Part shown: positions 8,083 to 18,903 of the stretch, piece after piece
Layout: the number at the start of each line of letters is the position of its first letter
Numbering within the stretch: the first letter of the stretch is position 1
DNA from: Chlamydiia bacterium
GTDB lineage: Bacteria > Chlamydiota > Chlamydiia > Chlamydiales > JBMOFD01
Length of the DNA: 21,311 nucleotides
Direction of reading: 5' to 3'
Assembly (NCBI GenBank): GCA_049314435.1
Contig: JBMOFD010000030.1
Location: 1-21,311, forward strand
The notes under the pieces: generated by a model
Database searches by the model: none
The model's input: only the letters and a program-made list of their open reading frames with translations
Told to the model about the DNA's origin: nothing
Made by a program: the position numbers and the translations under genes

Positions 8083-10503
8083 ATGTTTCGAATTTCCTGG
8101 GAGCTGAAGGGGAGACACCATTTTCGGTCGGCCGAAGATGATCGCAAATCTCTCGATAGAAGCCGAGCCGATTTGGAAGGGGAGATGGTGCGATCTCTCC
8201 AAGGCCAGTTTGAGCCTGACCCCAGGATGAAGTCCGATCTCCACAGAGCTGCCCTTCAGAACGTCGTGCATCGAGCCATGGTTCAATATCGGGAGCATGG
8301 CTTGGTATGGACCAACCGGCCGATTCCAGAGTTGTTCCGTCAATGGTCGCAAGTAGAAACAGAGAAGTCGCAACCCCTACCAACAGCTGGGTTGGACGGC
8401 GGGCTGCCATTAGGTGCACGAGAGGCTGGCCCTACGTTGGACGTGCCGTATGACCTTCGACGCAATCTCCCCCTTCCGGATGCGGTTGGAGTTCCGCTTG
8501 ATGAGTTCAATTTGGACTGCGAAGAGCATGTGGAAGCCCTTCGCAACGAACTCCAATGGCAGAGCAAGAATCGTCCAGAGACGCTTTCGGTTTGGGTGGA
8601 GGCGGTTCTTTCCCCTGTAGTTAACGTAGAAAGAAAGGCCTTTCTTGCAGTGGAAGTGCTTAAGGGGCTGTTGGAGAGTCCAGAGGTGTCGGATGATCAT
8701 CTGCGTTCTGCACTCCGACTTAGCGAGACGGAAGGGCATCTTAAGGCGAGCTTGAGCTTGTTGAAGCAGACGGCTCATTGCTCGAAGGCCCCGTTTAAGC
8801 AGTTGGTGGATCGGGTGGTGCATTTTGTAACATCCAGAGTATTCAATTGCTGCCAACAGAAGGTCGTTCTGGCCTTGGTCTCGAAATGGTTGGAGTGTTT
8901 TGCTGACTGGCCTCGTGAAACGAGGGCACACCTTAGCAGACGTTGCAGCGCTCCCTCGATCTCGACGCGCAGGTCGTGGCGTTCACTTACTTTTGCCAGC
9001 TCTTCGCCATCCACTGACTTGCCATTGCCCTCATCCAGCGCGTTGGTCTCTCGTTCACCACCGCTTTCGTCCAAGTCCTCGTCGACGCAGTCTCCTAACC
9101 CAAGGCGTTCCCCTGGTATTGGACTCCCGGTACTCCAGGCCTCTCCGCATCGTCCCGCCACAACGGAGCCCATGGTGATAGACCAAGAGGCTGTAGCGGA
9201 GCCTGACCAGGCTGACCAGGCTGACCAGATAGGACAATTTGTTTCAGCTATGGGGTTAGCTGAGGGCGATGAGAGGCCAGACTTGGCTGACCTATATGAG
9301 GATCCTTTCCAGGCGGTCTTTGCACAGGCAGAGGAGATAGTTGAGACGCTTTCAGGGCTATATCAGGGTATGACCGTACATGCACTGCCTCTGGAACAGA
9401 AGGAGGCGCTACAGAACTATCTCCTCACGACGCTCTCAGATTTCTTCGATTTCGGTTTTGGAAGTATCAGGCTCCTCCATGCATGGCTCCAGCTAGGCGA
9501 TCGAGATGATCAAGGTCAGTTAAGGAATCCTCTGGGGATGGAGGATCTGCAACGGGTTGTCCAGGAGGTCCTTCGGAAAGATCAAGGGTTTGTGGGATGG
9601 AAGGAAGTAGGGGATTTTCAATACGCAGGCAACCTGGATCACCTAATTCTGCAGATGGAGTGGCATCGCCACCAGCGTCCACACTCACTTCTGCTCGCAA
9701 CGGAAGCGGCGTTGAGCGTTAGCAGACAAAAAGGCGGCGGCGTCGCTTTCTTACAGAGTCTGCTTCAGACTCTTCTTGCGGGGGACAAGGGGGTTTGTTT
9801 AGGGCTGGGGGCTTCCGTACGATCACGGATTGAGGTGCAGCTCGCTGCCTGGAAGGAGCCAGAAGGCCTTCCAACTGATGAGGGTTTATTCAAAGAGCTT
9901 CTCGGGTCCATCGAGATCGTGGTCGATAGAGCTGTACAGAGCGCTACCAATGGCTTTGGCTTGAAGGAACTTGCGGAGATGCATCTGCAATTGATCCCCC
10001 TCTTTCTATTGTCGACCCCAGCTGAGTGGTCTAGTGAATTTCGGGGGCAGGTCAGACAACATCTCGAGGTTGTTGTATCAAGCTTGAATGGACTTCTGGA
10101 CACGACCGACGTTTCTTATTTAAGAGACCAACTCTACAGTCTTTTAGCTGGAAAGACCAAAGAGAAGTCTGCACCAGTCCCGGCCCTTGGATTACACGGA
10201 GTAAGGCAAGTCTTCTTGATCCAGGAGCAAGATTTCCCCCCCGATTGTAGCGACGAGCTTTTCACCGCGCTGTTTGAAGGTGCCTCGGCCCTGTTTCAGA
10301 TGGCACAGCGTAAATATCAGCAAAGCGCGGCTAACTCCGAGGGCATCAATGAGATGACCTTGAATATCACCACGCTGTTGCTCATTTGGGGTGCGCGCCA
10401 TCCCCATAGTCTTGCGTTCCTTGCGGCTATGGAACGGTTTCGTGAGCGTGTTGCTGAAGGGTCGGGTAGCAGTCTTAGCATAGAAGTCGACAGTCCCCGC
10501 TGA
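8083..10503 (+). CDS. Hypothetical protein, 806 aa; two Leu/Glu-rich helical regions joined by a Ser/Pro-rich linker
   Basis: Long ORF with promoter and RBS. No family recognised. Confidence 0.85.
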   Translation: MFRISWELKGRHHFRSAEDDRKSLDRSRADLEGEMVRSLQGQFEPDPRMKSDLHRAALQNVVHRAMVQYREHGLVWTNRPIPELFRQWSQVETEKSQPLPTAGLDGGLPLGAREAGPTLDVPYDLRRNLPLPDAVGVPLDEFNLDCEEHVEALRNELQWQSKNRPETLSVWVEAVLSPVVNVERKAFLAVEVLKGLLESPEVSDDHLRSALRLSETEGHLKASLSLLKQTAHCSKAPFKQLVDRVVHFVTSRVFNCCQQKVVLALVSKWLECFADWPRETRAHLSRRCSAPSISTRRSWRSLTFASSSPSTDLPLPSSSALVSRSPPLSSKSSSTQSPNPRRSPGIGLPVLQASPHRPATTEPMVIDQEAVAEPDQADQADQIGQFVSAMGLAEGDERPDLADLYEDPFQAVFAQAEEIVETLSGLYQGMTVHALPLEQKEALQNYLLTTLSDFFDFGFGSIRLLHAWLQLGDRDDQGQLRNPLGMEDLQRVVQEVLRKDQGFVGWKEVGDFQYAGNLDHLILQMEWHRHQRPHSLLLATEAALSVSRQKGGGVAFLQSLLQTLLAGDKGVCLGLGASVRSRIEVQLAAWKEPEGLPTDEGLFKELLGSIEIVVDRAVQSATNGFGLKELAEMHLQLIPLFLLSTPAEWSSEFRGQVRQHLEVVVSSLNGLLDTTDVSYLRDQLYSLLAGKTKEKSAPVPALGLHGVRQVFLIQEQDFPPDCSDELFTALFEGASALFQMAQRKYQQSAANSEGINEMTLNITTLLLIWGARHPHSLAFLAAMERFRERVAEGSGSSLSIEVDSPR
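9203..9228 (+). repeat. In-frame 9-bp tandem repeat (CTGACCAGG x ~3) encoding DQADQADQ
   Basis: ctgaccagg ctgaccagg ctgaccag read directly. Confidence 0.9.
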
Positions 10504-10570
10504 GGCGAGAGCTAGATGGCCAGAGCCTCGTGCAGGTTCTCTTTGACCCGATCTATTCAATAGGAGTGTC

Positions 10571-11968
10571 TTGGTGAGTAGTCTAATACAACTGCAGGAA
10601 GGTGCAGCCGCTTCAGCGGTCCCTATCGGTAGGCTGCGTAGCAAGGACAGACGTTCCTCCAACGATCTTCAGAGTCGAACTGAGCGAGTGAGCCTATCTC
10701 TTGCTCGACTGGCTTCCCTCTGTACAGAGCCAGCGGTTATGTATGACCAACTGAAGACCGAGATCAAGATCCTGGATCGCATCCATCCCCCAACAGCCGA
10801 TGAGTTAAAGCTCCTGTTCAAAGCCAAGATGGCCGCTCGGATCGTTGGCTATGCGTTGCTGGCCGTGGTGCTGAGTCCGATTGGCATCGTATTGAGGGCG
10901 ATAGCTAATCGCCTGAGGCCCAAGCCCTTCTATCAGACCAAGTGCCAGCCCAAGCCGGCTGACAGCATCCCGCGGCTGTGCTGCCAGCGACCCTCTCGGT
11001 TTAGGCTTGGCTCTTGGAACATCGCGGGCATTCGAGGGGATTCAGCATATAGCTATGCTGGAGTGCGGCCTATTGAAGATGGGCGACTACCTAAGGTCTT
11101 GGCTGAGATCCAGAGCTGGAAGGCGGATGTGGTGACTCTGTCCGAAGTCTTCGACGTCAGAACCGCAGAGCGGCTGCAAGCAGGGCTGTTCGAGCAGGGA
11201 TTCCAGAGTTTCGTATTTGGGGTAGGTACTCCGTGGCTGGGTTCCATTGGGACCACCTCTGGGCTCTTTGTAGCGGCGCGCCAGGGCTTCTCCCTGCGGG
11301 ATGTGCGGTTTGCTCAGTATGAAGGGGTCGAGACGGTAGGACGAGCTCAGTGGACAGCCAAGGGTGTTCTCTCGTTCGATGTTGTCAATCGCTTTAGCGA
11401 GAGGGCGGTGCATATGGTCACCACCCATAGTCAGTTTTCTGAGAGACCGGAGTGGCCGACATGTGAGGAAATCGGAGCCAGGAAGCAGCAGTGGAGCTGC
11501 ATCATGCGCGAGGTGGATGAGTGGCGTTCAACACACACGGATGAGGGTGCCCCGATTGTCGTGACTGGCGATTTCAATCAGGATCCACGCCCAGGCGGGA
11601 CAGCCTCCGAGCCTTTTGAGCACCTGCGAACAGAGAGCCGTCCCAGTGGCGTATGGATTGCCAACAGACAGGGAGTGATCGCACCTGGTGCCGCTATTCC
11701 CCGGCGGTTTGAGGGCCGAAGTGATGATCTGCCGCAGGACGCCTCTCCAAGCTGGGGAGGGGACACTTGGTGCTCTAAAGTCCCTGATGGGCCTAAGACT
11801 CCATCCGCTCCTCGGCAACTCGATCACACCTGGATCTATCGAGGGACTGGGAACATCGTCTCCTACTATCGAGACGTGGGATTCGATGGTACCAGGTGGA
11901 ATCCTGAGACAACTTCTGACCATTGCCCCGACCTAACCGATGTCTATTGCTGTGTAGAGTCTCCTTAG
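10571..11968 (+). CDS. EEP-superfamily phosphoesterase, neutral sphingomyelinase-like, with an N-terminal hydrophobic segment
   Basis: EEP motifs in order: GSWNI, LSEVFD, SGLFVAAR, AKGVL, TTHSQ, VTGDFN, LDH, SDH. Hydrophobic stretch IVGYALLAVVLSPIGIVL. AGGAG RBS at 10562-10566; start TTG 10571 or GTG 10574. Confidence 0.85.
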   Translation: MVSSLIQLQEGAAASAVPIGRLRSKDRRSSNDLQSRTERVSLSLARLASLCTEPAVMYDQLKTEIKILDRIHPPTADELKLLFKAKMAARIVGYALLAVVLSPIGIVLRAIANRLRPKPFYQTKCQPKPADSIPRLCCQRPSRFRLGSWNIAGIRGDSAYSYAGVRPIEDGRLPKVLAEIQSWKADVVTLSEVFDVRTAERLQAGLFEQGFQSFVFGVGTPWLGSIGTTSGLFVAARQGFSLRDVRFAQYEGVETVGRAQWTAKGVLSFDVVNRFSERAVHMVTTHSQFSERPEWPTCEEIGARKQQWSCIMREVDEWRSTHTDEGAPIVVTGDFNQDPRPGGTASEPFEHLRTESRPSGVWIANRQGVIAPGAAIPRRFEGRSDDLPQDASPSWGGDTWCSKVPDGPKTPSAPRQLDHTWIYRGTGNIVSYYRDVGFDGTRWNPETTSDHCPDLTDVYCCVESP

Positions 11969-11997
11969 CTTGCGTAGGGATTTGATCCGGCCGTGCA

Positions 11998-12723
11998 CTA
12001 TAGGTGGCTGTCCGAAGGCGTTTCGTCACGAATTGGCTGATTCACTGTTGCCTCGGAGGAAGATCCAGAGTCTTGTGTGGGCAGCCTAGAGACCTCGAAG
12101 CGACCTTCTACAGTGGCCAGTTGGTAGGCGGCCGGCGGATCTCTGTCCGATGCGGGATCCCAATCGGCTCCCAGTCCAAAGACAGTCTTCATCGAGCGAG
12201 CGATGAGTTGATCCCGAGTTTCGCTATCATCAGAGCTGGGGACCAAGGAGATCGCAAGTGCCGTGAGCCCTGAAAAGATGGGCACCCAATCCTGATCCTT
12301 CAATCCGGACTGAATGGATTGATGCACAGCGCGAGCAACGGATGGCCAACGGCTGCGCAGGGTCCCTTGTGCAGCAATGGGCGCACGATCAATGACCGGC
12401 CCATCAGTCGTCTCAGTCGTCTCGGCTCCTCCTTCGCCAGTGACTAGAAAGTCCCCCGGGCTATCGCGGTACACATAGCAATGTCGTCCTGCTGTGATGT
12501 TGGCGCGTCCAGAGACCGTTCCCAAACAGATTATGGATCTTGCCAGAATCTCTGCTCCGTCGAGTGCGATACTCGACAGGAAAATGAGATGAACATTCGG
12601 CTCAGAGTATTTAGCTGAAGAGTCTTGTATGGGCTCTGGAAAAATGGCGAACTTTATATCGTTCCATTCAATGCGGTAAGCCCCAATCGAATCAGGCTCA
12701 GACCTCATGCTTATGCTCAACAT
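11998..12723 (-). CDS. Hypothetical protein (~241 aa) with a short beta-helix-like segment
   Basis: The ORF runs to 12753, but ATG 12723 has a strong GAAGGAG RBS 8 nt upstream and a minus-strand TATAAT at 12757-12752, which favours the later start. Confidence 0.72.
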   Translation of the reverse strand: MLSISMRSEPDSIGAYRIEWNDIKFAIFPEPIQDSSAKYSEPNVHLIFLSSIALDGAEILARSIICLGTVSGRANITAGRHCYVYRDSPGDFLVTGEGGAETTETTDGPVIDRAPIAAQGTLRSRWPSVARAVHQSIQSGLKDQDWVPIFSGLTALAISLVPSSDDSETRDQLIARSMKTVFGLGADWDPASDRDPPAAYQLATVEGRFEVSRLPTQDSGSSSEATVNQPIRDETPSDSHL

Positions 12724-12806
12724 CGACGCAACTCCTTCACGGGCAGGTCTCATTATATGGAAGGTATAAGGGCGTTGTCGCGTTCCATAAGTCAGACCAG
12801 AGGTCC

Positions 12807-12849
12807 GATCTCAGGCCGACCGTAACCGATCGGGCTGAGATCATTTTTT
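12807..12849 (+). terminator. Terminator-like hairpin plus T6 upstream of dciA-gyrB, with no + strand gene ending here
   Basis: GATCTCAG-G-CCGA...TCGG-G-CTGAGATC followed by ATTTTTT. Confidence 0.55.
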
Positions 12850-12910
12850 CGATGCCTTTCCTCCACACATCTTATCGAAGATCTGGTATGCTTTTGCTGG
12901 TTCAGGCCAA

Positions 12911-15719
<2,809 letters not shown>

Positions 15720-15728
15720 GAGATTTCC

Positions 15729-18287
15729 ATGACGCCCCATGATGTGATCATCCCCCGTTCAGTCGAAGACGAAGTCAGCGATTCATATTTGCGCTATTCG
15801 ATGTCCGTGATTATCAACCGTGCCCTTCCGGACGCGCGTGACGGACTTAAACCCTCTCAGCGACGCATCCTCTTTGCGATGCGGCAGCTGAACCTTAGTC
15901 CCCAGAGCAAGCACCGTAAATGTGCTAAGATCTGCGGGGATACGAGTGGGGATTATCACCCGCACGGCGAGAGCGTGATCTATCCCACTCTGGTGAGGAT
16001 GGCCCAGGACTGGTCCATGCGCTATCCACTGGTGGATGGGCAAGGAAACTTTGGTTCTGTGGACGGAGATCCTCCGGCGGCCATGCGTTATACAGAGGCT
16101 CGCCTCACGCATGCAGCGCTTGAGCTCATGGAGGACCTCGACAAGGACACGGTTGATCTCAAGCCGAACTACGATGAGACGAAGGTCGAGCCTGTCGTCA
16201 TGCCCTCGAAGTTCCCAAATCTGCTCTGTAACGGAAGCAGCGGGATCGCCGTGGGGATGGCCACCAATATTCCTCCGCATAACCTCTCTGAGCTCTGTGC
16301 AGCGACCCTTTTGGTCCTGGACTGTCCAACTGTGTCGATCGAAGAGATCCTCCAGGTGATGCCTGCTCCGGACTTCCCAACGGGTGGAGTCATCTGTGGG
16401 TATCGCGGTGTTCGTGAAGCCTTCTTCACTGGTCGCGGCAAGATCACGGTGCGCGGGAAGGTGAGTACGGAGGAGATCTCCGAGGATCGCCATAGATTGG
16501 TGATCGACGAGCTGCCCTATACGGTAAACAAAGCGACTCTGGTCGAGCATATTGCTGAGCTCATCAGCGCCAAGCAGATCACTGGAATATCAGACATTCG
16601 AGATGAATCCGACAAAGACGGTATGCGGATTGTAATCGAGTTGAAGCGCGGTGAGATGCCCGAAGTCACGCTCAACCAGCTCTTCAAGTACACCGATCTG
16701 CAGACGACGTTTGGGGCGAACATGTTAGCCCTAGACAAGGGCCTGCCTCGCACGATGAATATCAGACAGCTCATTACGAGCTGGGTGGAGCATCGGATCG
16801 AAGTCGTTCGTCGTAGGACGCGCTTTGAGTTGCAGAAGGCTCAGGCACGTGCGCACATCCTTGAGGGATACCTCAAGGCGATCGACCACCTAGATGAGGT
16901 GGTGGCGCTGATTCGAGGAGCAGATAGTCGCGATGAGGCACGCACACAGCTGATGGCTCGCTTTACTTTGAGCGAGAAGCAGGCGAATGCGGTCCTCGAT
17001 CTGAGACTGTATCAATTGACTGGGCTGGAACGAGACAAGATCCAGAACGAGCATACTGAGCTTCTACAGCGCATTGCCCATCTCCAGGCTGTCCTTGCGG
17101 ACGAGCACCTAGTGAAAGGCATCATCCGAGAGGAGCTTGAGGAGGTCCGTCGCCGACATCCTCAACCTCGACGTACTGTGATCCAGCCAGCGGAAGGGGA
17201 GTTCGCCATGGAGGACTTAATTGCGGACGAGGAGATCATCATCACGATCTCTGAGGACGATTATATCAAGCGTATGCCGCCGGAGTTCTTCCGTGAGCAG
17301 CGCCGCGGAGGTCAAGGCGTTCGTGGGATGGACATGAAGAAAGAGGCGGATGCTGTGAAGTATCTCTATGTAGCCTCGACTCATGACACCCTGCTGGTGT
17401 TCACGTCATTCGGTCGTTGCTATTGGCTGAAAGCCTGGCAGATTCCGGACACGGGTCGCCGTAGCAAAGGGAAGCCGTTGATTCAGCTTCTTGAAGACAT
17501 CCAGCCAGGCGAGAAGATCGCCACGGTCCTCCGAGTGCGGTCGATGGAGCAGCCTGGGTATATCCTCATGGCGACCCGCCAAGGGGTCGTCAAGAAGACG
17601 GAGCTCGCGGCCTTTAGCCATCCTCGACGTAAGGGGATCTACGCGATCGAGATTGACGAAGGTGATGAAGTGATTGCTTCCCACCTTGTGGTGGAAGGGC
17701 AGCAGGTTATGCTCTTCACTCGTCAAGGGATGGCGGTGCGGTTCGAGCAAGATGATGTTCGTTCTATGGGCCGTATGGCCCGTGGCGTGAGAGGGGTCAA
17801 ATTGCGAGCTGAGGGAGACTGTGTGGTTTCCTGTGAGGTGGTCAATGGTACAGAGTCTATCCTCGTGGTGTGTGAGAATGGATTTGGTAAGCGTTCGCTC
17901 GTTGAAGAGTTCCGCAAGACCAATCGTGGTGGTGTGGGTGTTCGATCCATCATCACAAACGACCGTAATGGTGAAGTAGCAGCGGCCCTCGTGGTCTCCG
18001 ATGAGGATGGCGTGGTCATGATCTCTTCTGCCGGACAGACCGTGCGCATCTCGATGAAGGACGTACGTGTGATGGGTAGGAATACCCAGGGCGTACGACT
18101 GGCTCACCTCAAAGGGGATACTTCCCTGGTTGGGGTGCAAAGGCTTCGTGGAGGACTCGAGGGAGACGTTCCTGAAGGTTCTGCTGAGATCCTTGAGACC
18201 GTGGCATCGCCTACTGCAGCGGAGGCCTCTGCGGAGGTCATCGATGAGGTAGAGGAGTCTGTTGCCGAGGCGGAGCATGACGAATAG
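15729..18287 (+). CDS. gyrA: DNA gyrase subunit A
   Basis: RALPDARDGLKP, YHPHG, catalytic AAMRYTE, GyrA-box QRRGGQG, C-terminal beta-pinwheel blades (MGR..GV) and an acidic tail. Confidence 0.98.
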   Translation: MTPHDVIIPRSVEDEVSDSYLRYSMSVIINRALPDARDGLKPSQRRILFAMRQLNLSPQSKHRKCAKICGDTSGDYHPHGESVIYPTLVRMAQDWSMRYPLVDGQGNFGSVDGDPPAAMRYTEARLTHAALELMEDLDKDTVDLKPNYDETKVEPVVMPSKFPNLLCNGSSGIAVGMATNIPPHNLSELCAATLLVLDCPTVSIEEILQVMPAPDFPTGGVICGYRGVREAFFTGRGKITVRGKVSTEEISEDRHRLVIDELPYTVNKATLVEHIAELISAKQITGISDIRDESDKDGMRIVIELKRGEMPEVTLNQLFKYTDLQTTFGANMLALDKGLPRTMNIRQLITSWVEHRIEVVRRRTRFELQKAQARAHILEGYLKAIDHLDEVVALIRGADSRDEARTQLMARFTLSEKQANAVLDLRLYQLTGLERDKIQNEHTELLQRIAHLQAVLADEHLVKGIIREELEEVRRRHPQPRRTVIQPAEGEFAMEDLIADEEIIITISEDDYIKRMPPEFFREQRRGGQGVRGMDMKKEADAVKYLYVASTHDTLLVFTSFGRCYWLKAWQIPDTGRRSKGKPLIQLLEDIQPGEKIATVLRVRSMEQPGYILMATRQGVVKKTELAAFSHPRRKGIYAIEIDEGDEVIASHLVVEGQQVMLFTRQGMAVRFEQDDVRSMGRMARGVRGVKLRAEGDCVVSCEVVNGTESILVVCENGFGKRSLVEEFRKTNRGGVGVRSIITNDRNGEVAAALVVSDEDGVVMISSAGQTVRISMKDVRVMGRNTQGVRLAHLKGDTSLVGVQRLRGGLEGDVPEGSAEILETVASPTAAEASAEVIDEVEESVAEAEHDE

Positions 18288-18903
18288 GGGCCTCTTGGTC
18301 ACCTTCGAAGGAGGAGACGGCGCTGGCAAGTCCACCCTGTTGAGGGCACTTAGTCAGCGCTGTCTGGAGAGCGGTCGGCATGTGCTCATGGCGCGCGAAC
18401 CGGGCGGCACAGCCTTAGGGGATGCCGTGAGGACGATTCTGCTGAACAAACAGTTTGAGGAACCAGTGGATCCTCGAGCTGAGCTCCTGCTCTATCTAGC
18501 TTCTCGGGCACAAAATGCTCGGGAACAGATTGCCCCTGCCTTAGCAGCCGGCAAGGTCGTTCTTTGCGATCGCTATAATGACTCCTCCATGGCCTATCAG
18601 GGCTATGGACGGGGACTGCCTCTCGATGAAGTGCGAGCTCTCTGTTCCTTTGCGGTCTCAGGGGTGCAGCCTCGTCTCACTTTTTATCTAGACTTGCCTC
18701 CATCCGTAGGGCTTCAACGCGTGCGTAACCATGCCACACCCGACCGCCTAGAGCGGGAGGCGATGGAGTTCCACGATCGTTGTCGCGAGGGCTTTCTTGC
18801 GCTGGCAAAGCAGGAGCCACAACGAATCCATGTTCTTGATGCAACGCTGAAGCCAGAGGATCTCCAGGAGATGGCATGGAGCCTTTTGCAGCCTCTCCTA
18901 TAA
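18277..18903 (+). CDS. tmk: Thymidylate kinase
   Basis: TFEGGDGAGKST P-loop, REPGG, CDRY.DSS.AYQG, DRLE. Start ATG 18277 overlaps the gyrA end by 11 nt. Confidence 0.97.
   Translation: MTNRGLLVTFEGGDGAGKSTLLRALSQRCLESGRHVLMAREPGGTALGDAVRTILLNKQFEEPVDPRAELLLYLASRAQNAREQIAPALAAGKVVLCDRYNDSSMAYQGYGRGLPLDEVRALCSFAVSGVQPRLTFYLDLPPSVGLQRVRNHATPDRLEREAMEFHDRCREGFLALAKQEPQRIHVLDATLKPEDLQEMAWSLLQPLL

Noticed and set aside
8030..8931. Several 75-173 aa minus-strand ORFs
   Set aside because: All are antisense to the 806-aa gene, which has promoter and RBS support; none shows a motif.
10522..10544. AGAGCCT/AGGTTCT hairpin after the 806-aa gene
   Set aside because: Short stem with a G-U pair and only three T residues after it; too weak to call a terminator.
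15783..16550. 255-aa minus-strand ORF
   Set aside because: Lies wholly antisense to gyrA with no recognisable motifs; a typical shadow ORF in GC-rich coding DNA.
17406..18335. 309-aa minus-strand ORF
   Set aside because: Antisense shadow of the gyrA C-terminal domain; His/Leu-rich composition expected from reverse-complemented codons.
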